Assembly: GCA_029562975.1 (NCBI GenBank)
Contig: JAKQTR010000040.1
Location: 64,683-128,682, forward strand
Source of the DNA: Acidobacteriota bacterium
Lineage (GTDB): Bacteria; Acidobacteriota; Vicinamibacteria; Vicinamibacterales; JAKQTR01
Reading direction: 5' to 3'
DNA: 64,000 nt
Shown here: piece by piece, positions 62,527 through 64,000 of the stretch
How the letters are laid out: every line of letters starts with the position of its first letter
Numbering within the stretch: the stretch's first letter is position 1
Translations under genes and position numbers: made by a program
Notes under the pieces: generated by a model
Database searches by the model: none
What the model saw: the letters and a program-made list of their open reading frames with translations, nothing else
Told to the model about the DNA's origin: nothing

Positions 62527-63699
62527 CTAGAACACCGTAACGAGCCCCAGGCTGAACTTGGTGCCCTCGCGCTCGAACTCGCGGCCGATGTCCGCCGTCA
62601 GCCGCACGTTGCGCGCGAGCAGGCGCCCCACGTTGAGCGACAGGCTCTGGTACTTCGCGTTCGGATCGTCGGAGGCGACCTTGTTGTACAGGCCAGCCAC
62701 CGACCACGGCCCGTCCGCCCCGAGCGGCATGTAGACCAGTTCCGCGAACCCGCCGCGCGTCTTCCAGTCGGCCCCGCGCCTGCTCGGCAGGAACGTCGGA
62801 TTGTCGTCGCGCCGCTCCAGGTATTCCAGGTTCAGCTGAAAGCGATCGTTGACGTCCACCACCACGTCGGGGCCGAAATAGAACGTGCGGTTCCGGGCGC
62901 CGCCGGCCCCTTGCTCGCGCCCGTAGTAGCCGAACAGGCCGAGCCTGACCTTGTCGAGGGGCTTTGCCAGGCGGTACGCGAAGTTCTTCAGGTTGTCCCG
63001 GTCGAAGTTGCCGAAATCGTCGGCCATGCCGATGCCGTTGCCGTTCACGACCTGCAGCACCGACTCGACCCCGCCGGGGAAGTCCCAGCTGACGATGAGG
63101 CCGCGGTCGTAGGTGAGGTCCACGCCGGCCGTGCCGACGTGGGTCTTGAAGATCTGGTAGTCGTAGCGCTCGAGCTTGAGCTCGCGCTTGAACATCGGGT
63201 CGCAGACCTGGAACTGCCCGACCGCGACGTCGATGGGCAGCTTGAAGGGGTTGTTGATCTGCACCCACGCGTCCTCGAGGCCCGCCTCGCCGCCCTTCTC
63301 GATGATGTAGTAGAAGTAGTACGAGATCTTCTGGTTGATCTGCCCGCCCGACAGCAGTTTGAACACCCACGGGTACTGCACGTCGGCGCCGCGGCTGTTC
63401 TTCTCGCCGAAGGTCGCGTAGCCGTCCAGGCGGATGGCCAGCGGCAGCTCGCGCATGAGCTTCAGCGTCGGGTCGCCCACGTCGTACGTCGCCCGGGGCG
63501 GCTCCTGGCTCGGGTCCTCGAGCCTGAACCCGCGCGCCGCGAAGTCGTCGCCGAACGGCTTCAGGCGCGGCGCGGGCTGGTGGCACGTCGAGCACGAATA
63601 CTGGTACTTGCGGGCGAACGCCGGAATGGCGTCCGAGGGAACGGCGGAGAGCGCCAGCATCGACGCCGCCGCGAGCGCGAGCACGAATCGTCGGGACAT
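62527..63699 (-). CDS. outer-membrane beta-barrel protein with N-terminal c-type heme-binding motif (CxxCH)
   Basis: In-frame ATG at 63699 (MSRRFVLALAAASMLALSAVPSDA signal peptide). 'IPAFARKYQYSCSTCH', with CSTCH at nt 63580-63594. The remainder is beta-rich and ends in '..FSLGLVTVF'. Confidence 0.6.
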   Translation of the reverse strand: MSRRFVLALAAASMLALSAVPSDAIPAFARKYQYSCSTCHQPAPRLKPFGDDFAARGFRLEDPSQEPPRATYDVGDPTLKLMRELPLAIRLDGYATFGEKNSRGADVQYPWVFKLLSGGQINQKISYYFYYIIEKGGEAGLEDAWVQINNPFKLPIDVAVGQFQVCDPMFKRELKLERYDYQIFKTHVGTAGVDLTYDRGLIVSWDFPGGVESVLQVVNGNGIGMADDFGNFDRDNLKNFAYRLAKPLDKVRLGLFGYYGREQGAGGARNRTFYFGPDVVVDVNDRFQLNLEYLERRDDNPTFLPSRRGADWKTRGGFAELVYMPLGADGPWSVAGLYNKVASDDPNAKYQSLSLNVGRLLARNVRLTADIGREFEREGTKFSLGLVTVF

Positions 63700-63734
63700 A
63701 TCGGGCCTCACGGAACTCGTGCGGATCAGGTCCG

Positions 63735-64000
63735 TCACGGAAGGATGGTAAACGCCGTCGAGTGGCTGTTCACCTTCACGGGCTCCGATTCCTCGCGCGG
63801 CACCTTCATGAACTCGGCCACCGACGACACCAGGCGCGAGTAGTACACCTCGGCCGTGACGACCACCGGGCCCGCCGGCAGCGTGGCCGGCAGCCGCCAC
63901 GTGTAGGTCTCCGCGCGGGCCGAGAGCGGGGCGAGGCGGTAGTCGGGGCCGAAGCTCGCCGTGTTCCACTGCATGATGGTCATGCGGCCCTGCGGATCGA
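63735..64000 (-). CDS. 3' end of a gene truncated by the window edge (hypothetical)
   Basis: The frame stays open upstream of the listed Met (..DPQGR-MTIMQWNTASF..) to nt 64000. It ends 35 nt upstream of the CxxCH barrel gene on the same strand. No motif was recognised in the 88 visible residues. Confidence 0.4.
   Translation of the reverse strand, partial: DPQGRMTIMQWNTASFGPDYRLAPLSARAETYTWRLPATLPAGPVVVTAEVYYSRLVSSVAEFMKVPREESEPVKVNSHSTAFTILP

Noticed and set aside
1-64000. CRISPR arrays, tRNA/rRNA genes, IS elements, integrases, phage genes
   Set aside because: No regularly spaced direct repeats were seen. No intergenic region is long enough or structured like a tRNA or rRNA. No transposase- or integrase-like translations appear in any frame of the track.

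Overview
This is a very GC-rich bacterial chromosomal window (about 70% GC judged by eye, not computed). It is densely coding. Many long R/A/G/P-rich ORFs in the six-frame track are high-GC shadow frames. I saw no rRNA, tRNA, CRISPR array, transposase or integrase.

Layout:
- 0.2-22 kb holds secreted hydrolase and housekeeping genes. These are a TonB-dependent receptor, an S9 peptidase fused to a DUF442/PTP-like domain, a GHL10-type hydrolase, an MDR oxidoreductase, an amidohydrolase, sfsA, a PLP decarboxylase, a MerR+VWA pair, an M14 peptidase and an S46 peptidase.
- 22.1-61.5 kb is a roughly 39 kb Wzx/Wzy-dependent exopolysaccharide locus in at least 7 alternately oriented transcription units. 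It encodes a priming phosphoglycosyl transferase, 6 GT4, 2 GT2, a GT-C-like membrane protein, Wzx, two Wzy/O-antigen-ligase-like proteins, a Wzc tyrosine kinase, a short OPX protein plus a separate beta-barrel, a hexapeptide acyltransferase, and GDP-heptose genes (GmhA, HddA-like kinase, nucleotidyltransferase). It also encodes rfbCBD, an AsnB-like protein with Ser in place of the nucleophile Cys, a B12-binding radical SAM enzyme, and three copies of a ~400-aa CelD/FemAB-like module, two of them fused in tandem.
- 61.7-64 kb holds a Phd/VapC toxin-antitoxin pair and an outer-membrane beta-barrel carrying an N-terminal CxxCH motif.

The most interesting signal is the left edge of the EPS locus. 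It encodes a sigma54 enhancer-binding protein with no sensory domain, translationally coupled to two stand-alone PilZ proteins. That operon, and up to four other EPS transcription units, are preceded by GG-N10-GC (-24/-12) sigma54-type promoter matches. This suggests a split c-di-GMP/PilZ-EBP-sigma54 circuit controlling the whole locus, which is inference only.

Gene content hints at an Acidobacteriota-like organism (acidobacterial-type VWFA protein, TIGR03790-like protein, high peptidase load). This too is inference only.
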